A DNA stretch of 64,000 bases, taken from Methylophilaceae bacterium (GTDB lineage: Bacteria > Pseudomonadota > Gammaproteobacteria > Burkholderiales > Methylophilaceae). The notes under the pieces were generated by a model. The model was not told where the DNA came from, did not search any database, and was given only the letters and a program-made list of their open reading frames with translations. The position numbers and the translations under genes are program-made. Below, one piece after another: positions 1-11,632 of this stretch. Where the stretch lies: the NCBI GenBank assembly GCA_028247015.1, contig JAOKFJ010000004.1:652-64651 (forward strand). The letters are read 5' to 3'. How positions within the stretch are numbered: the stretch's first letter is position 1; the number at the start of each line of letters is the position of its first letter.

Positions 1-697
1 AATTTGCAAAAACAGATAATTGTCCCATTAAAATTCTTGCAGCATCTCTTATAGCTTGCTCTGCATCCACCACACCATTTGTTTCTACATCAAGGATTAG
101 CTTATCTAAATCTGTTCTCTGCTCAACTCTAGCACTTTCAACAAAATAACTTACTTTATTTATCGGGCTAAATGATGCATCAATCATTATGTATCCTAGT
201 GAATTATCATCTTGTGGCCCTTTGCGTCTTTGTGGGACAGGCTGATAGCCTCTTCCCATTTCTACCTTAGCCTCAATATTTAATTTCCCATCTTTGTTAA
301 GATGAGCAATTACAAGCTCTGGATTGACTATTTCAACATCATGACCAACATCAAAATCGGCAGCAGTTACTGGTCCCTCTTCCGTTTTTGATATTTTTAT
401 TGTAGCTTCAGTCCCACTATGAATTTTTAACGCTACTTTTTTTAGGTTAAGCAATACGTCTACTACATCTTCTTGAACACCGTCTAGTGTTGAGTATTCG
501 TGAACAACACCATCAATTTTTACTTCAGTTATTGAGTAACCTGGAATAGAAGATAATAAAACTCTTCTAAGAGCATTACCTAATGTAAATCCAAAACCTC
601 TTTCCATTGGCTCAAGAACTACTTTTGCTCTTTGTGGGTTAATTATATCAACATCAACAATTCTTGGCTTTAGATATTCTGTAGGGCTATTTTGCAT
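1..697 (-). CDS. rpoA: RNA polymerase alpha subunit (3' end beyond window)
   Basis: Hand translation from ATG at 697: [16 protein letters not shown]...[26 protein letters not shown]; follows rpsD. Confidence 0.97.
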   Translation of the reverse strand, partial: MQNSPTEYLKPRIVDVDIINPQRAKVVLEPMERGFGFTLGNALRRVLLSSIPGYSITEVKIDGVVHEYSTLDGVQEDVVDVLLNLKKVALKIHSGTEATIKISKTEEGPVTAADFDVGHDVEIVNPELVIAHLNKDGKLNIEAKVEMGRGYQPVPQRRKGPQDDNSLGYIMIDASFSPINKVSYFVESARVEQRTDLDKLILDVETNGVVDAEQAIRDAARILMGQLSVFAN

Positions 698-731
698 AGT
701 TTTCCTTTAAATTTAGTTCTTTATTTTTTAA

Positions 732-1361
732 TTATTTTGAGTAGAGCTCAACAATTAATGACTCATTAATTGTTGCAGGAAGATCATCTCTTTGAGGTTT
801 ATTCTTAAATACACCTTTAAATGCCTTAACATCAACATCTAACCACTCAGGAAATCCTCTTTCTGCTGCTGCCTCTAATGCTGCTTTAATTCTTAATTGA
901 ACTTTTGAAGCTTCAACCACAGTAATTTCATCTCCGGGCATAACTTGGTATGAAGGAATATTTACCCTCTTACCGTTAACAAGAACACTATTGTGCTTAA
1001 CAATTTGCCTTGCTTCAGTTCTGGAGGCACCAATGCCCATTTTGTATGTAACGTTATCTAATCTTGATTCTAACAGTTGCAGTAAATTTTCACCTGTAAT
1101 ACCTTTTCTTCGATCAGCTTCAGCATAGTATCCTCTGAATTGCTTCTCTAAAACGCCGTATATTCTTCTAAGCTTCTGTTTTTCTCTTAATTGAACACCA
1201 TAGTCAGAAAGCCTAGACGCTCTTCTTTGTCCATGCTGACCTGGGGGATAATTTCTATTTTCTATAGCGCATTTATCAGTAAAACATTTTTCCCCTTTAA
1301 GGAATAATTTTTCACCTTCTCTACGACATTGACGACATTTTGGATCAAGATTTCTAGCCAA
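732..1361 (-). CDS. rpsD: 30S ribosomal protein S4 (4-Cys form)
   Basis: [19 protein letters not shown] motifs; alpha operon order; TTG start. Confidence 0.99.
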   Translation of the reverse strand: MARNLDPKCRQCRREGEKLFLKGEKCFTDKCAIENRNYPPGQHGQRRASRLSDYGVQLREKQKLRRIYGVLEKQFRGYYAEADRRKGITGENLLQLLESRLDNVTYKMGIGASRTEARQIVKHNSVLVNGKRVNIPSYQVMPGDEITVVEASKVQLRIKAALEAAAERGFPEWLDVDVKAFKGVFKNKPQRDDLPATINESLIVELYSK

Positions 1362-1395
1362 CTTTACTCTCCTATTATTATCTTGTGACTAAGCA

Positions 1396-1785
1396 TTAAA
1401 TTCTTCTTTTCTTAGGTGGTCTGCAACCGTTATGCGGTACAGGTGTTATATCTTGAATACTAGTAATTTTTAAACCTATTGAATTTAAGGCTCTCACTGA
1501 AGATTCTCTACCTGGGCCTGGGCCCTTGATTCTAACTTCAATATTTTTTACGCCAAATTCCTGTGCAGCTTTACCTGCAGCTTCGGCAGCAACTTGAGCG
1601 GCAAATGGAGTACTCTTCCTTGAACCTTTAAAGCCGGCTCCGCCTGATGTTGCCCACGAAAGTGCGTTACCCTGCCTGTCAGTTATGGTAATGATTGTAT
1701 TGTTAAAAGAAGCATGAACGTGAGCAATACCTTCTGCTACATTCTTTTTAACCTTCTTTTTAATTCTCACATTTGCTTTTGCCAT
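1396..1785 (-). CDS. rpsK: 30S ribosomal protein S11
   Basis: [32 protein letters not shown]. Confidence 0.99.
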   Translation of the reverse strand: MAKANVRIKKKVKKNVAEGIAHVHASFNNTIITITDRQGNALSWATSGGAGFKGSRKSTPFAAQVAAEAAGKAAQEFGVKNIEVRIKGPGPGRESSVRALNSIGLKITSIQDITPVPHNGCRPPKKRRI

Positions 1786-1800
1786 TACTTTGTCCTTAAA

Positions 1801-2157
1801 TTATTTCCTAATTGCCCGAATTGGACCTTTTCTTGTTCTTGCATTAGTTTTAGTTCTTTGTCCTCTAACAGGCAAGCCTCTTCTATGACGAACCCCTCTG
1901 TAACAGCCTAAATCCATTAGCCTTTTTATATTCATAGCAACTTCACGACGAAGATCACCTTCAACTACCACCTTTCCAACTTCGTCTCTAAGTTTTTCAA
2001 CATCAGAATCATTAAGGTCTTTTAATTTTATTGACGCCTTGATTCCGGCAGCAACACAAATTTTTTGTGCCTTTACTCTTCCAATACCAAATATTGCTGT
2101 TAACGCAATTTCGGTATGCTTGTTATCTGGTACATTTACACCTGCAATACGGGCCAT
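1801..2157 (-). CDS. rpsM: 30S ribosomal protein S13
   Basis: [29 protein letters not shown]. Confidence 0.99.
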   Translation of the reverse strand: MARIAGVNVPDNKHTEIALTAIFGIGRVKAQKICVAAGIKASIKLKDLNDSDVEKLRDEVGKVVVEGDLRREVAMNIKRLMDLGCYRGVRHRRGLPVRGQRTKTNARTRKGPIRAIRK

Positions 2158-2201
2158 GAGTTACTCCAATTAAAACGGCATTATTTTCAATAAAGCCTTA
2201 A

Positions 2202-2230
2202 ATTATAACTATTTTTTACGCACTTAACAA
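2202..2230 (-). promoter_or_regulatory. sigma70 promoter of the alpha operon
   Basis: TTGTTA-17 nt-TATAAT upstream of rpsM. Confidence 0.65.
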
Positions 2231-2238
2231 ACTTAAAA

Positions 2239-2364
2239 TTAATGACATGCACCTTGTCTTTGTTTATGTCTAGGATCTTTTGGGCAAATAACCCTAACAA
2301 CACCTTTTCGTCTAACAACTTTACAGTTTCGACATAATGCTTTTACTGATGTTCTTACTCTCAT
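2239..2364 (-). CDS. rpmJ: 50S ribosomal protein L36 (41 aa, not in ORF track)
   Basis: Hand translation [41 protein letters not shown]; between infA and rpsM. Confidence 0.97.
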   Translation of the reverse strand: MRVRTSVKALCRNCKVVRRKGVVRVICPKDPRHKQRQGACH

Positions 2365-2389
2365 AATATTATCCTTTTTTTGTCCAGTC

Positions 2390-2608
2390 CTACTTGGCTC
2401 TAAATGTTATTCTTGCTTTAGATAAATCGTATGGGGTCATTTCAACTGTAACCTTATCTCCCGGAAGAATTCGAATGTAATTCATTCTCATTTTTCCTGA
2501 TATGTACCCTAACACCTCATGACCATTTTCTAATTTAACCTTAAAAGTTGCATTCGGAAGATTTTCAAGTACTTCTCCTTCCATCTCTATGACTTCTTCT
2601 TTAGCCAT
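2390..2608 (-). CDS. infA: Translation initiation factor IF-1
   Basis: 72 aa, [18 protein letters not shown]. Confidence 0.99.
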   Translation of the reverse strand: MAKEEVIEMEGEVLENLPNATFKVKLENGHEVLGYISGKMRMNYIRILPGDKVTVEMTPYDLSKARITFRAK

Positions 2609-3931
2609 CTATCTAATACCCCCAGAACCACCTTTAAAATTTGCTTTTTTAAGCATGCCATCATATTGATAAGACATCATTTTTGATTGCACCTGATTCA
2701 TAAAGTCAAGTGAAACCACAACAATAATTAGAAGAGAAGTTCCTCCAAAATAAAATGGCGTATTAAACTTTAATATTAAGAATTCAGGCAATAAACAAAC
2801 CAAGGTAATGTAAATAGCCCCAATAAATGTTAAACGGCTAACAATAGTATCAATATATTTTGCCGTTTGTTCACCTGGTCTGATCCCAGGAATAAATGCA
2901 CCACCTTTTTTTAAATTATCCGCAGTTTCTACAGGATTTGATGTTATTGCCGTATAGAAGTATGCAAAAAATATTATTGCAGAAGCAAACATTAAAATAT
3001 AAAGAGGTTGTCCTGGTGAAATTGCTGCACTAATATCTTTTAGCCAATATAGATTTGTGCTTGTACCAAACCATCCAGCTATAGTTGCAGGAAACAAAAT
3101 TACACTTGATGCAAAAATTGCAGGAATTACCCCTGCTTGATTTATTTTTAAAGGCAAATGACTAGATTGTCCACCATATAGCTTATTACCAACCTGCCGT
3201 TTTGCATAATTTACTGTAACTCTTCGCTGTGCTCTCTCGACAAATACTACAAGTGCAGTTACTAACATAGCCGCAGTAAAAAGAAAAAATACTAGAGGTA
3301 TTGAAAAAGCCCCTGTCTTAGTTAACTGAAGGGTATTACCTAATGCACTTGGCAGACCTGCTACAATACCAGCAAAAATAATCAGCGATATGCCATTCCC
3401 TATTCCTCGTTCTGTTATTTGCTCTCCTAACCACACTAAAAACATAGTTCCACTTACTAATGTAATCATTGATACGAATCTAAACATAAGTCCTGGCTCA
3501 AGAACCAAACCAGGTTGCGACTCTAGCGCCAACGTTATACCTATAGCTTGAAAAGCAGCAAGCCCTACAGTTGCTTGACGAGTATATTTTGTAATGATTC
3601 TCTGTCCTGCCGCACCCTCTTTTTTCAGCTCCTTCAAATGAGTAGTCATTGAGGTCAAAAGAGTCATAATAATTGAAGCAGAAATATAAGGCATAATTCC
3701 CAGAGCAAAAACTGTAAATCTACTTAATGCACCTCCCGAGAACATATTAAACATTCCTAATATGCCGCCACTTTGAGATTCAAAAAGCTTCTTCAGCTCC
3801 ATAGGATCAATACCAGGGACTGGAATATGTGCCCCTAGTCTAAAAATAACCATAGCTCCTAGCACAAAAAGTAAACGACTCTTAAGGTCGCTCATTTGTC
3901 TTATAGAACCTAATGTGCCGTCTTGAGCCAA
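2609..3931 (-). CDS. secY: Preprotein translocase SecY
   Basis: [42 protein letters not shown]. Confidence 0.99.
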   Translation of the reverse strand: MAQDGTLGSIRQMSDLKSRLLFVLGAMVIFRLGAHIPVPGIDPMELKKLFESQSGGILGMFNMFSGGALSRFTVFALGIMPYISASIIMTLLTSMTTHLKELKKEGAAGQRIITKYTRQATVGLAAFQAIGITLALESQPGLVLEPGLMFRFVSMITLVSGTMFLVWLGEQITERGIGNGISLIIFAGIVAGLPSALGNTLQLTKTGAFSIPLVFFLFTAAMLVTALVVFVERAQRRVTVNYAKRQVGNKLYGGQSSHLPLKINQAGVIPAIFASSVILFPATIAGWFGTSTNLYWLKDISAAISPGQPLYILMFASAIIFFAYFYTAITSNPVETADNLKKGGAFIPGIRPGEQTAKYIDTIVSRLTFIGAIYITLVCLLPEFLILKFNTPFYFGGTSLLIIVVVSLDFMNQVQSKMMSYQYDGMLKKANFKGGSGGIR

Positions 3932-3934
3932 TTC

Positions 3935-4381
3935 CTAAACCTCTTTTACTTCTTGAATTTTACCACCTGCTGCTTCTATAGCTTCTTTTGCACCTTTACT
4001 TAAAGCAATGCCCTGAATAGTATATTTATTTTTTACATCACCGGATAGATATACTTTAGCTGTTAGTGATCTTTCTGGGATTAGATTTGCAGCCTTTAGA
4101 CTCAGAAGGTCAACAACACCCGCCTTTAATTTATTAATTTCACTTGTCCTTACTTTGGCGTTATATACTTTAGTAACAGAATTAAATCCTCTTTTAGGCA
4201 ATCGTCTTTGAATCGGCATTTGGCCGCCTTCAAAACCTACTTTATGGAATCCACCTGAACGTGAATGTTGGCCTTTATGTCCTCTTCCCGCTGTCTTTCC
4301 AAATCCAGATCCTATACCACGACCAACTCGTCGAGTGTTCTTTTTTGAGCCTTCCGCCGGCTTAATTGTATTTAATCTCAT
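3935..4381 (-). CDS. rplO: 50S ribosomal protein L15
   Basis: [22 protein letters not shown]. Confidence 0.99.
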   Translation of the reverse strand: MRLNTIKPAEGSKKNTRRVGRGIGSGFGKTAGRGHKGQHSRSGGFHKVGFEGGQMPIQRRLPKRGFNSVTKVYNAKVRTSEINKLKAGVVDLLSLKAANLIPERSLTAKVYLSGDVKNKYTIQGIALSKGAKEAIEAAGGKIQEVKEV

Positions 4382-4382
4382 A

Positions 4383-4574
4383 TTAACTCTCTACTTTAAG
4401 AAGATAACTTACTGCATTAATCATTCCACGCACTTCCGGGGTGTCTTTTAGTTCAACGCTTTGATGCATTTTTCTAAGGCCTAACCCGACAATGGTTCCT
4501 TTGTGAGCGGCTGTTCTTCCAATTACGCTCTTAATTAGGGTGACTTTTACTATACCTACTTTTTCTTTACTCAT
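4383..4574 (-). CDS. rpmD: 50S ribosomal protein L30
   Basis: [20 protein letters not shown]; spc order. Confidence 0.97.
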   Translation of the reverse strand: MSKEKVGIVKVTLIKSVIGRTAAHKGTIVGLGLRKMHQSVELKDTPEVRGMINAVSYLLKVES

Positions 4575-4576
4575 AA

Positions 4577-5086
4577 TTACCCTCTAATCTCTTCAACGGT
4601 TTTTCCACGTTTTGCAGCAATTTCTGAAGGACTATTTACTGCTGCCAATCCATTTAATGTTGCTCTTACTACGTTGTATGGGTTTGCAGAGCCAATACAT
4701 TTCGCAAGCACATCAGTTACTCCCATAACTTCAAAAATTGCCCTCATAGCGCCACCAGCAATAATTCCAGTTCCTTCCGAAGCTGGTTGGATAAATACCT
4801 TGGCAGCTCCATGCTTTCCTGTAACAGCATGAAATAGCGTTCCATTATTTAAATTTACTTTCAACATACCTTTTTTTGCTTCATCCATTGCTTTTTGGAC
4901 AGCCAAAGGCACTTCACGTGCTTTTCCTTTTCCCATACCAATTGCACCATCACCATCACCTACTACAGTAAGCGCAGCAAAGCTCATTATACGACCGCCT
5001 TTAACAACTTTTGTTACACGGTTTACAGCAATCATTTTTTCTCTTAAGCCGTCTTGGTTTTGTTCTTTTGCCATATCTTTTGCCAT
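4577..5086 (-). CDS. rpsE: 30S ribosomal protein S5
   Basis: [20 protein letters not shown]. Confidence 0.99.
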   Translation of the reverse strand: MAKDMAKEQNQDGLREKMIAVNRVTKVVKGGRIMSFAALTVVGDGDGAIGMGKGKAREVPLAVQKAMDEAKKGMLKVNLNNGTLFHAVTGKHGAAKVFIQPASEGTGIIAGGAMRAIFEVMGVTDVLAKCIGSANPYNVVRATLNGLAAVNSPSEIAAKRGKTVEEIRG

Positions 5087-5104
5087 TTTATTTCCTAGTA
5101 TTTA

Positions 5105-5464
5105 TTAGAAAGTTAAGCCATTTTCTCTAGCAGCATCAGCTAATGCCTTAATACGTCCATGATATTTATATCCTGAACGATCAAATGCAACTGTTTTTAC
5201 TCCTGCTTTAACAGCTTTTTCTGCAATTCTCTTACCAATTTCTACAGCTGCATCTACATTACTTCTTGATTTTGATTTAAATTTTTTCTTAACGTCGGCT
5301 TCTAATGTTGAAGCTGTTGCAATTATTTTATTATCATTACCATCAATAATTTGCGCATAAATATTAGAATTAGATCTAAAGACCGTAAGTCTTGTAACAT
5401 TTAGTTCTGCCATTTTTGATCTAGATTTCTTTGCACGACGTAATCTTTGGTTTTCAACGCTCAT
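5105..5464 (-). CDS. rplR: 50S ribosomal protein L18
   Basis: [24 protein letters not shown]. Confidence 0.99.
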   Translation of the reverse strand: MSVENQRLRRAKKSRSKMAELNVTRLTVFRSNSNIYAQIIDGNDNKIIATASTLEADVKKKFKSKSRSNVDAAVEIGKRIAEKAVKAGVKTVAFDRSGYKYHGRIKALADAARENGLTF

Positions 5465-5474
5465 AATTTAACCT

Positions 5475-6008
5475 TTATTGTTTTTTAGCTTCTTTAATCA
5501 CAACGTGTTCATCTGAATATCGAACACCTTTACCTTTATATGGTTCTGGTGGACGATATGCTCTAATTTCTGCAGCAACCTGACCAATCATTTGTTTATT
5601 GTTACTTTTCAATACAATTTCTGTTGGGGTTGGCGTTTGTGCGGTCACTCCCTCTGGCAAGTTATGAGATACAGGGTGGGAGAATCCTAATTCAAGATTA
5701 ATTTTACTACCTTGGACTTGTGCTTTGTAACCAACGCCAATCAAGGTTAATTTTCGCTCGAAACCACTTGTTACTCCTTGCACCATATTTTGCACTAAAG
5801 CCCTAACTGTTCCTGACATTGCTTTAGAGTGCTTTGTTTCTTTCAATGCTTTAAAGGTAAGAGTTGAATCTTGTTTACTAATAGCAACATCACCAGTTAA
5901 TGCTTGGCTTAATACGCCTAATGGTCCTTTTACAGAAACTAATTCAGTAGTAATTGTAAGCTCAACATTATCTGGAAGAACTATTGGATTATTTGCAACT
6001 CTAGACAT
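5475..6008 (-). CDS. rplF: 50S ribosomal protein L6
   Basis: [13 protein letters not shown]. Confidence 0.99.
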   Translation of the reverse strand: MSRVANNPIVLPDNVELTITTELVSVKGPLGVLSQALTGDVAISKQDSTLTFKALKETKHSKAMSGTVRALVQNMVQGVTSGFERKLTLIGVGYKAQVQGSKINLELGFSHPVSHNLPEGVTAQTPTPTEIVLKSNNKQMIGQVAAEIRAYRPPEPYKGKGVRYSDEHVVIKEAKKQ

Positions 6009-6018
6009 AATTCCTCCT

Positions 6019-6414
6019 TTAGGCTACATAACAAAGCACTTCGCCGCCAATTCCTGCAGCTTTTGCTTTGATATCTGTCATTACACCCTTGGAAGTTGTT
6101 AATATTGCAACTCCAAGCCCATTCATTACCTTAGGAAGATTTTCGCTATCCTTATAAATTCTTAGTCCTGGCTTACTAATTCTTTGTATTTTTTCGATAA
6201 CAGGTTGCCCCGCGTAATATTTAAGATCTACATTTAATGTTGGTTTTCCTAAAACAACTGCTACATTAAAGCCATCAATATAACCTTCATCTTTTAAAAC
6301 AGAGGCAATTGCTTGCTTAATTTTTGAGCTAGGCATAGAAACGGAAACTTTATTTCTCATTTGTCCATTTCGGATTCGGGTTAACATATCGGCAATTGGA
6401 TCACTCATACTCAT
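6019..6414 (-). CDS. rpsH: 30S ribosomal protein S8
   Basis: [20 protein letters not shown]. Confidence 0.99.
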   Translation of the reverse strand: MSMSDPIADMLTRIRNGQMRNKVSVSMPSSKIKQAIASVLKDEGYIDGFNVAVVLGKPTLNVDLKYYAGQPVIEKIQRISKPGLRIYKDSENLPKVMNGLGVAILTTSKGVMTDIKAKAAGIGGEVLCYVA

Positions 6415-6426
6415 ATTCTTTCTCCT

Positions 6427-6732
6427 TTACCAGCTTGCTTTTGTAATGCCAGGAACTTCACCACTCAACATTAGATCGCGAAGCTTACTTCTGGCAATAC
6501 CAAATTTACTATAAACACCTCTAGGGCGGCCTGTTAACGCACAACGGTTTCTTAGTCTTACTGGACTAGAATTTTTAGGTAATGATTGGAGCTTTAATCT
6601 AGCTTCGGCTTTCTCTTCAGTTGTTGAGCTTGCATTTTTTATTATTTCATTTAATGCCAAGCGCTTGCCTTTATATTTTTCAACCATTTTTCTTCGTTTT
6701 AATTCACGTTCTGTCATGCATAATTTAGCCAT
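6427..6732 (-). CDS. rpsN: 30S ribosomal protein S14 (long, zinc-independent type)
   Basis: 101 aa, [20 protein letters not shown]. Confidence 0.99.
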   Translation of the reverse strand: MAKLCMTERELKRRKMVEKYKGKRLALNEIIKNASSTTEEKAEARLKLQSLPKNSSPVRLRNRCALTGRPRGVYSKFGIARSKLRDLMLSGEVPGITKASW

Positions 6733-6738
6733 ATTCTT

Positions 6739-7278
6739 TTAACCTCTAAATGGAAAACTGAAAGCAGATAAAAGTGCTTGAGCTTCTTCATCAGTTTTTG
6801 CAGTAGTTGTAATAGTAATATTCATTCCCCTTAATGCATCAATCTTGTCATATTCGATTTCAGGAAAGATTATCTGTTCTTTAATCCCCATATTGTAGTT
6901 ACCTCGTCCGTCAAATGATTTTGGTGATAATCCCCTAAAATCACGTTCTCTAGGTATTGCAACATTAATTAGTCTATCTAAAAAAGTGTACATATGAGAC
7001 TTGCGAAGTGTCACCTTACACCCAACAGGATAGTCGTCTCTGACCTTAAAGTTTGCTATTGATTTTTTTGCAACAGTAATGATAGGTTTTTGTCCGGCCA
7101 TTTTTTCCATATCACCGACAGCGCTTTCAAGCACTTTTTTATCTGCAACAGCTTCACCAACACCCATATTAAGTGTTATTTTTGTTATTCTTGGGACCTG
7201 CATCGAGGATTTGTATTTAAACTGATCACTTAATTGCTTAATCACAGTGTCGTCATAAAATTGTCTAAGTCTAGCCAT
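6739..7278 (-). CDS. rplE: 50S ribosomal protein L5
   Basis: [16 protein letters not shown]. Confidence 0.99.
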   Translation of the reverse strand: MARLRQFYDDTVIKQLSDQFKYKSSMQVPRITKITLNMGVGEAVADKKVLESAVGDMEKMAGQKPIITVAKKSIANFKVRDDYPVGCKVTLRKSHMYTFLDRLINVAIPRERDFRGLSPKSFDGRGNYNMGIKEQIIFPEIEYDKIDALRGMNITITTTAKTDEEAQALLSAFSFPFRG

Positions 7279-7288
7279 AATAATTTTC

Positions 7289-7606
7289 CTAAACGTCTAT
7301 TGCTTCTTTATTAGATTTATAAATACGTATTTTTTTTCCATCTTTAAGAACTTTAAAAGTCACTTTGTCGGCTTTTTTAGTAGCATTATTAAAAATGGCA
7401 ATATTTGAAATATTTAAAGGCATTTCTTTATTTATCAAACCTCCCTGATCACCTTTTGCAGGATTTGGTTTAGTATGTTTTTTTACCATATTTAAACCTT
7501 CTACCATCACACGACTGTTTTCTAGGAGCCCAAGAACTACACCTTGCTTTCCCTTATCTTTTCCAGTCTGGATGATTACCATATCGCCTTTACGAATTTT
7601 ATTCAT
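7289..7606 (-). CDS. rplX: 50S ribosomal protein L24
   Basis: KOW motif GKDKGKQG. Confidence 0.99.
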   Translation of the reverse strand: MNKIRKGDMVIIQTGKDKGKQGVVLGLLENSRVMVEGLNMVKKHTKPNPAKGDQGGLINKEMPLNISNIAIFNNATKKADKVTFKVLKDGKKIRIYKSNKEAIDV

Positions 7607-7616
7607 TCATTTACTC

Positions 7617-7985
7617 CTAAATAACTTCTGGGGCTAATGAAACGATTTTCATGAATCGCTCTGTTCTTAATTCACGAGTTACTGGGCCAAATATTCGAGT
7701 CCCAATAGGCTCATATTTATTATTTAATAAAACTGCAGCATTGCCATCAAATTTTATTAATGAGCCATCAGCTCGACGAACACCCTTAGCTGTCCTAACT
7801 ACTACAGCGTCATAAACTTCGCCTTTTTTTACACGTCCACGAGGTGCTGCGTCTTTGATAGTAACCTTAATAATGTCACCAACACTTGCGTAGCGTCTCT
7901 TTGACCCGCCTAAAACCTTAATGCACATAACTGAGCGTGCACCGGTGTTATCGGCTACTTCTAATCTTGACTGCATTTGTATCAT
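7617..7985 (-). CDS. rplN: 50S ribosomal protein L14
   Basis: [21 protein letters not shown]. Confidence 0.99.
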   Translation of the reverse strand: MIQMQSRLEVADNTGARSVMCIKVLGGSKRRYASVGDIIKVTIKDAAPRGRVKKGEVYDAVVVRTAKGVRRADGSLIKFDGNAAVLLNNKYEPIGTRIFGPVTRELRTERFMKIVSLAPEVI

Positions 7986-8096
7986 GAGTAATTCTCCAAC
8001 TTAATCCGCTTTAATCTATCCCAGCCTAATACGGCATACCGCCACGGTCAGTATTGGGGCGCTAGCTATATTGTTACGAGCGCCAAAAAGAGCAGC

Positions 8097-8125
8097 ATTA
8101 TAGGTTATTTAATGAAATAGTTCAA
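8097..8125 (-). promoter_or_regulatory. sigma70 promoter of the spc operon
   Basis: TTGAAC-17 nt-TATAAT followed by GC-rich discriminator GCTGCT. Confidence 0.65.
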
Positions 8126-8133
8126 GTTCTGAA

Positions 8134-8404
8134 CTAATTAATAATTTGCGCTTTTGAAACGACCTTTGTTACAACCCATGATTTATTTTTTGAAATAGGT
8201 TTATGTTCTGTAATTTCTACAACATCACCTTCACTAATCTCATTTTTTTTCATCATGTGCATGGAACTTATTAGACAATCTCATAACTTTACCAATCAAG
8301 GGATGCTTAACAAATCTCTCAACTAATACTGTTATAGTTTTATCCATCTTATTACTAACCACTTTTCCGGTTAATGTTCTAATTACTTTTTGTTTTTTAG
8401 TCAT
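8134..8404 (-). CDS. rpsQ: 30S ribosomal protein S17, interrupted by one extra A in an A8 run (8243-8250)
   Basis: Frame 1 [54 protein letters not shown]; removing one A continues [36 protein letters not shown] (89 aa in total). Confidence 0.95.
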
Positions 8405-8598
8405 TATGCTTGGCTCACTTTTTCTGCAAGAACTGTCTTAATTCTTGCAATATCTTTTTGAATTTTTCCTAGCTGATCAGTTTTATTTGTTTGCTGGGTA
8501 GCAACTTGCATACGAGCTGAAAACTGAGATTTTCTGAGATCAATTAGGTCCTTTCCTAGCTCTTCCGTACTTTTTTTTCTTAAATCAGTAGCTTTCAT
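8404..8598 (-). CDS. rpmC: 50S ribosomal protein L29
   Basis: 64 aa, KDIARIKT; S10 operon order. Confidence 0.97.
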   Translation of the reverse strand: MKATDLRKKSTEELGKDLIDLRKSQFSARMQVATQQTNKTDQLGKIQKDIARIKTVLAEKVSQA

Positions 8599-8607
8599 AT
8601 TTATCCT

Positions 8608-9024
8608 TTATCCACCAACATGTCTTGTAACAAAAGAAGTTAGAAGAGGTAGTTTAGCCGCAGCTAAACGAAATGCTTCTCTTGCATCTTCCTCTGATAC
8701 GCCATCCATCTCATACAACATTTTACCTGGCTGGATTTCAGCGACGTAATATTCGACACTTCCTTTACCCTTACCCATTCTAACTTCAGCAGGTTTTTTT
8801 GTAATTGGCTTGTCTGGAAAAATTCTAATCCAAATACGCCCACCTCTTTTTATATGTCTTGTCATTACTCTTCTAGCTGCTTCAATTTGTCTGGCTGTAA
8901 TTCTACCGCGGCCTAACGCCTTCAAACCAAAATCACCAAAACTTACTTTATTACCAGTTAAAGCAAGGCCAGTATTTCTTCCTTTATGTTGCTTTCTAAA
9001 TTTTTGTCTAGCTGGTTGTAACAT
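8608..9024 (-). CDS. rplP: 50S ribosomal protein L16
   Basis: [22 protein letters not shown]. Confidence 0.99.
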   Translation of the reverse strand: MLQPARQKFRKQHKGRNTGLALTGNKVSFGDFGLKALGRGRITARQIEAARRVMTRHIKRGGRIWIRIFPDKPITKKPAEVRMGKGKGSVEYYVAEIQPGKMLYEMDGVSEEDAREAFRLAAAKLPLLTSFVTRHVGG

Positions 9025-9026
9025 TT

Positions 9027-9851
9027 TTATGCCTCATCTTTCTTGGATTCTTCGGTTACTTTTACTTCCGGAGCTTCTTTTTCTTTAATTTTTTTAACTG
9101 CAACTTTTACTACCTTCTTCTCTGCAGGCTCAGCTTTTTTAGTTGCTGCTTTTACTGTCTTCTTAGTTTTTACTTCAGTTTCTAACAAATCTTCTTGATT
9201 AGAAGTAATTTCTTTTGCTGTATCTTCAAAAATTTCACCCTTAAATATCCATACTTTAATACCAATAATTCCATAGGTCGTTTGGGCTCTAGCAGTGCCA
9301 TAATCAATATCTGCTCTTAGTGTATGAAGAGGCACTCTTCCTTCTCTATACCACTCAGATCTAGCAATCTCAATACCATTCAGTCGACCAGAGCTCATAA
9401 TTTTAATTCCTTGTGCTCCAAGTCGCATCGCATTTTGCATAGCTCTTTTCATCGCTCTCCTAAACATCACTCTTTTTTCTAATTGTTGAGCTATACTTTG
9501 AGCAATTAATTTTGCATCTATTTCAGGTTTCCTAACTTCTTCAATGTTTAGTTGAACTGGAATTCCCATCAATTCTTGGATGCTTGAGCGAAGCACTTCA
9601 ATATCTTCACCTTTTTTGCCAATCACTATGCCTGGTCTTGCAGTATAGATAGTTATTTTTGCATTTTTTGCTGGTCTTTCAATAACAATTTTACTAACAG
9701 CAGCATTAACTAATTTTTTATTTAAGAACTCTCTTACCTTGATGTCATTTTGTAATAACAGTGGAAAGTCTTTTGAATTAGCAAACCATCTAGACGTCCA
9801 GTTTTTATTTACTGCTAAACGAAAACCGGTTGGATTAATTTTTTGTCCCAT
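9027..9851 (-). CDS. rpsC: 30S ribosomal protein S3 with long Lys/Glu-rich tail
   Basis: [26 protein letters not shown]. Confidence 0.99.
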   Translation of the reverse strand: MGQKINPTGFRLAVNKNWTSRWFANSKDFPLLLQNDIKVREFLNKKLVNAAVSKIVIERPAKNAKITIYTARPGIVIGKKGEDIEVLRSSIQELMGIPVQLNIEEVRKPEIDAKLIAQSIAQQLEKRVMFRRAMKRAMQNAMRLGAQGIKIMSSGRLNGIEIARSEWYREGRVPLHTLRADIDYGTARAQTTYGIIGIKVWIFKGEIFEDTAKEITSNQEDLLETEVKTKKTVKAATKKAEPAEKKVVKVAVKKIKEKEAPEVKVTEESKKDEA

Positions 9852-9861
9852 AATTATCTCT

Positions 9862-10197
9862 TTAGTTTCCCACAGTCACTGTTATGTGACAGGTTGGTTT
9901 CATAATTTTCCCTGTTCGACCTTTTGCTCGAGCACGAATACGTTTTAAAATTGTTCCCTTATCGACATAAATAGTTTTTATTTTTAACTCATCTATATCA
10001 GCACTATTATTATGTTCTGCATTAGCAATTGCAGATTCGACTACTTTTTTAATAATCTCAGCACCTTTTTTTGGGCAGAAATTAAGAATATCTAAAGCAT
10101 TATCTACTTTTTTTCCACGAACCATATCTGCCACTAATCTTGCTTTTTGTGGCGATAATCTAACCCCTTTTAAAATTGCTGAAACCTCAATAGCCAT
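9862..10197 (-). CDS. rplV: 50S ribosomal protein L22
   Basis: [26 protein letters not shown]. Confidence 0.99.
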   Translation of the reverse strand: MAIEVSAILKGVRLSPQKARLVADMVRGKKVDNALDILNFCPKKGAEIIKKVVESAIANAEHNNSADIDELKIKTIYVDKGTILKRIRARAKGRTGKIMKPTCHITVTVGN

Positions 10198-10199
10198 GA

Positions 10200-10472
10200 T
10201 TATTTCGCCTTCCTGTCAGCAGAGTGACCTTTAAATGTTCTTGTAAGTGCAAACTCCCCTAATTTATGTCCAACCATATTATCTACGATAAGAACTGGGA
10301 CATGTTGGCGACCATTATGTATCGCAATCGTCAACCCAATAAAATTAGGGAGTATTGTAGAGCGTCTAGACCATGTTTTAATAGGTTTTCGATCTCTTGT
10401 TTCTGCGGCTACCTCAACTTTTTTTGCTAAGTGAGCATCAACGAATGGTCCTTTTTTAACTGAGCGTGACAT
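10200..10472 (-). CDS. rpsS: 30S ribosomal protein S19
   Basis: [18 protein letters not shown]. Confidence 0.99.
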   Translation of the reverse strand: MSRSVKKGPFVDAHLAKKVEVAAETRDRKPIKTWSRRSTILPNFIGLTIAIHNGRQHVPVLIVDNMVGHKLGEFALTRTFKGHSADRKAK

Positions 10473-10478
10473 ATTTAT

Positions 10479-11312
10479 TTACCTTTTGTTAGATGGTCGA
10501 CGACTGATTCGCATATTATCAGTTCGTTTATTATTTCTTGTTCTGTACCCTTTAGTAGGAACTCCCCACGGACTTACTGGATGTCTACCACCTGATGATC
10601 TTCCTTCACCACCACCATGAGGGTGATCTACTGGATTCATCACAACACCCCTTACTGTTGGTCTAACACCTCTCCATCGCATTGCACCTGCTTTTCCAAT
10701 TGACCTCAATGAATGTTCATCATTACCTACAGCACCGAGGGTTGCCTTACAATCTACATGGACTTTTCTTACCTCGCCTGATCTTAATTTTAATTGAGCG
10801 TAGTTACCTTCTCTAGCAACAAGTTGTACCGATGTACCTGCTGAACGAGCCATTTGCGCCCCTTTTCCGGGTCTAAGTTCTACACAATGAATTGTACTTC
10901 CCACTGGTATATTTTTTAACAGCATTGCATTGCCATTTTTAAATGGAGCATCTAAGCCGCTTAGTAATTTTTCTCCAGCTGTTACTCCTTTTGGGGCAAC
11001 GATATATGTTCTCTCTCCATCTGCATAGCAAAGTAAAGCTAAATGAGCAGATCTATTTGGATCATATTCTATTCTTTCAACGGTTGCAGGAATACCATCC
11101 TTATTTCTTTTGAAATCAACCAGACGAATATGCTGCTTATGTCCGCCACCCTGATGTCTAACTGTGATTCGGCCATGGTGATTTCGTCCTGAGCCACGAA
11201 TCTTCTTTGCTAAAAGCGGTGCATGCGGCTTACCTTTGTGCAGGCCTTCAGTTACTACTTTTTGAAGTCCTCGTCTACCAGGTGAGGTTGGTTTTACTTT
11301 TATAATCGCCAT
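10479..11312 (-). CDS. rplB: 50S ribosomal protein L2
   Basis: [22 protein letters not shown]. Confidence 0.99.
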   Translation of the reverse strand: MAIIKVKPTSPGRRGLQKVVTEGLHKGKPHAPLLAKKIRGSGRNHHGRITVRHQGGGHKQHIRLVDFKRNKDGIPATVERIEYDPNRSAHLALLCYADGERTYIVAPKGVTAGEKLLSGLDAPFKNGNAMLLKNIPVGSTIHCVELRPGKGAQMARSAGTSVQLVAREGNYAQLKLRSGEVRKVHVDCKATLGAVGNDEHSLRSIGKAGAMRWRGVRPTVRGVVMNPVDHPHGGGEGRSSGGRHPVSPWGVPTKGYRTRNNKRTDNMRISRRPSNKR

Positions 11313-11323
11313 CTTGTTTCTCC

Positions 11324-11632
11324 CTATTCACCCGTAAAGTTAATTTCTTGACCAGGCTTTAAGCTTACATAAGCCTTTTTCCAATCAGGTCGTTTACCCA
11401 TAGTTCTGCCACGTACTTTTGTTTTTCCATTCATATTCAACAAATTTACTGCCACAACTTCTACTTTAAACATTGTTTCGATTGCTATCTTAATATCAGA
11501 CTTTGTTGCATCTTTCGTAACTTTAAAAGCAACTTGATTATATTTATCAGCAATCATTGTTGCTTTTTCAGTAATTTGTGGGCCTAAGACTGATCGTAAT
11601 GCTTTATCTGTTATTTTGATATTTTCACTCAT
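11324..11632 (-). CDS. rplW: 50S ribosomal protein L23
   Basis: [13 protein letters not shown]. Confidence 0.98.
   Translation of the reverse strand: MSENIKITDKALRSVLGPQITEKATMIADKYNQVAFKVTKDATKSDIKIAIETMFKVEVVAVNLLNMNGKTKVRGRTMGKRPDWKKAYVSLKPGQEINFTGE

Noticed and set aside
2390-2608. infA inside the spc operon as a novelty
   Set aside because: secY-infA-rpmJ is the usual betaproteobacterial order; used only as taxonomic evidence
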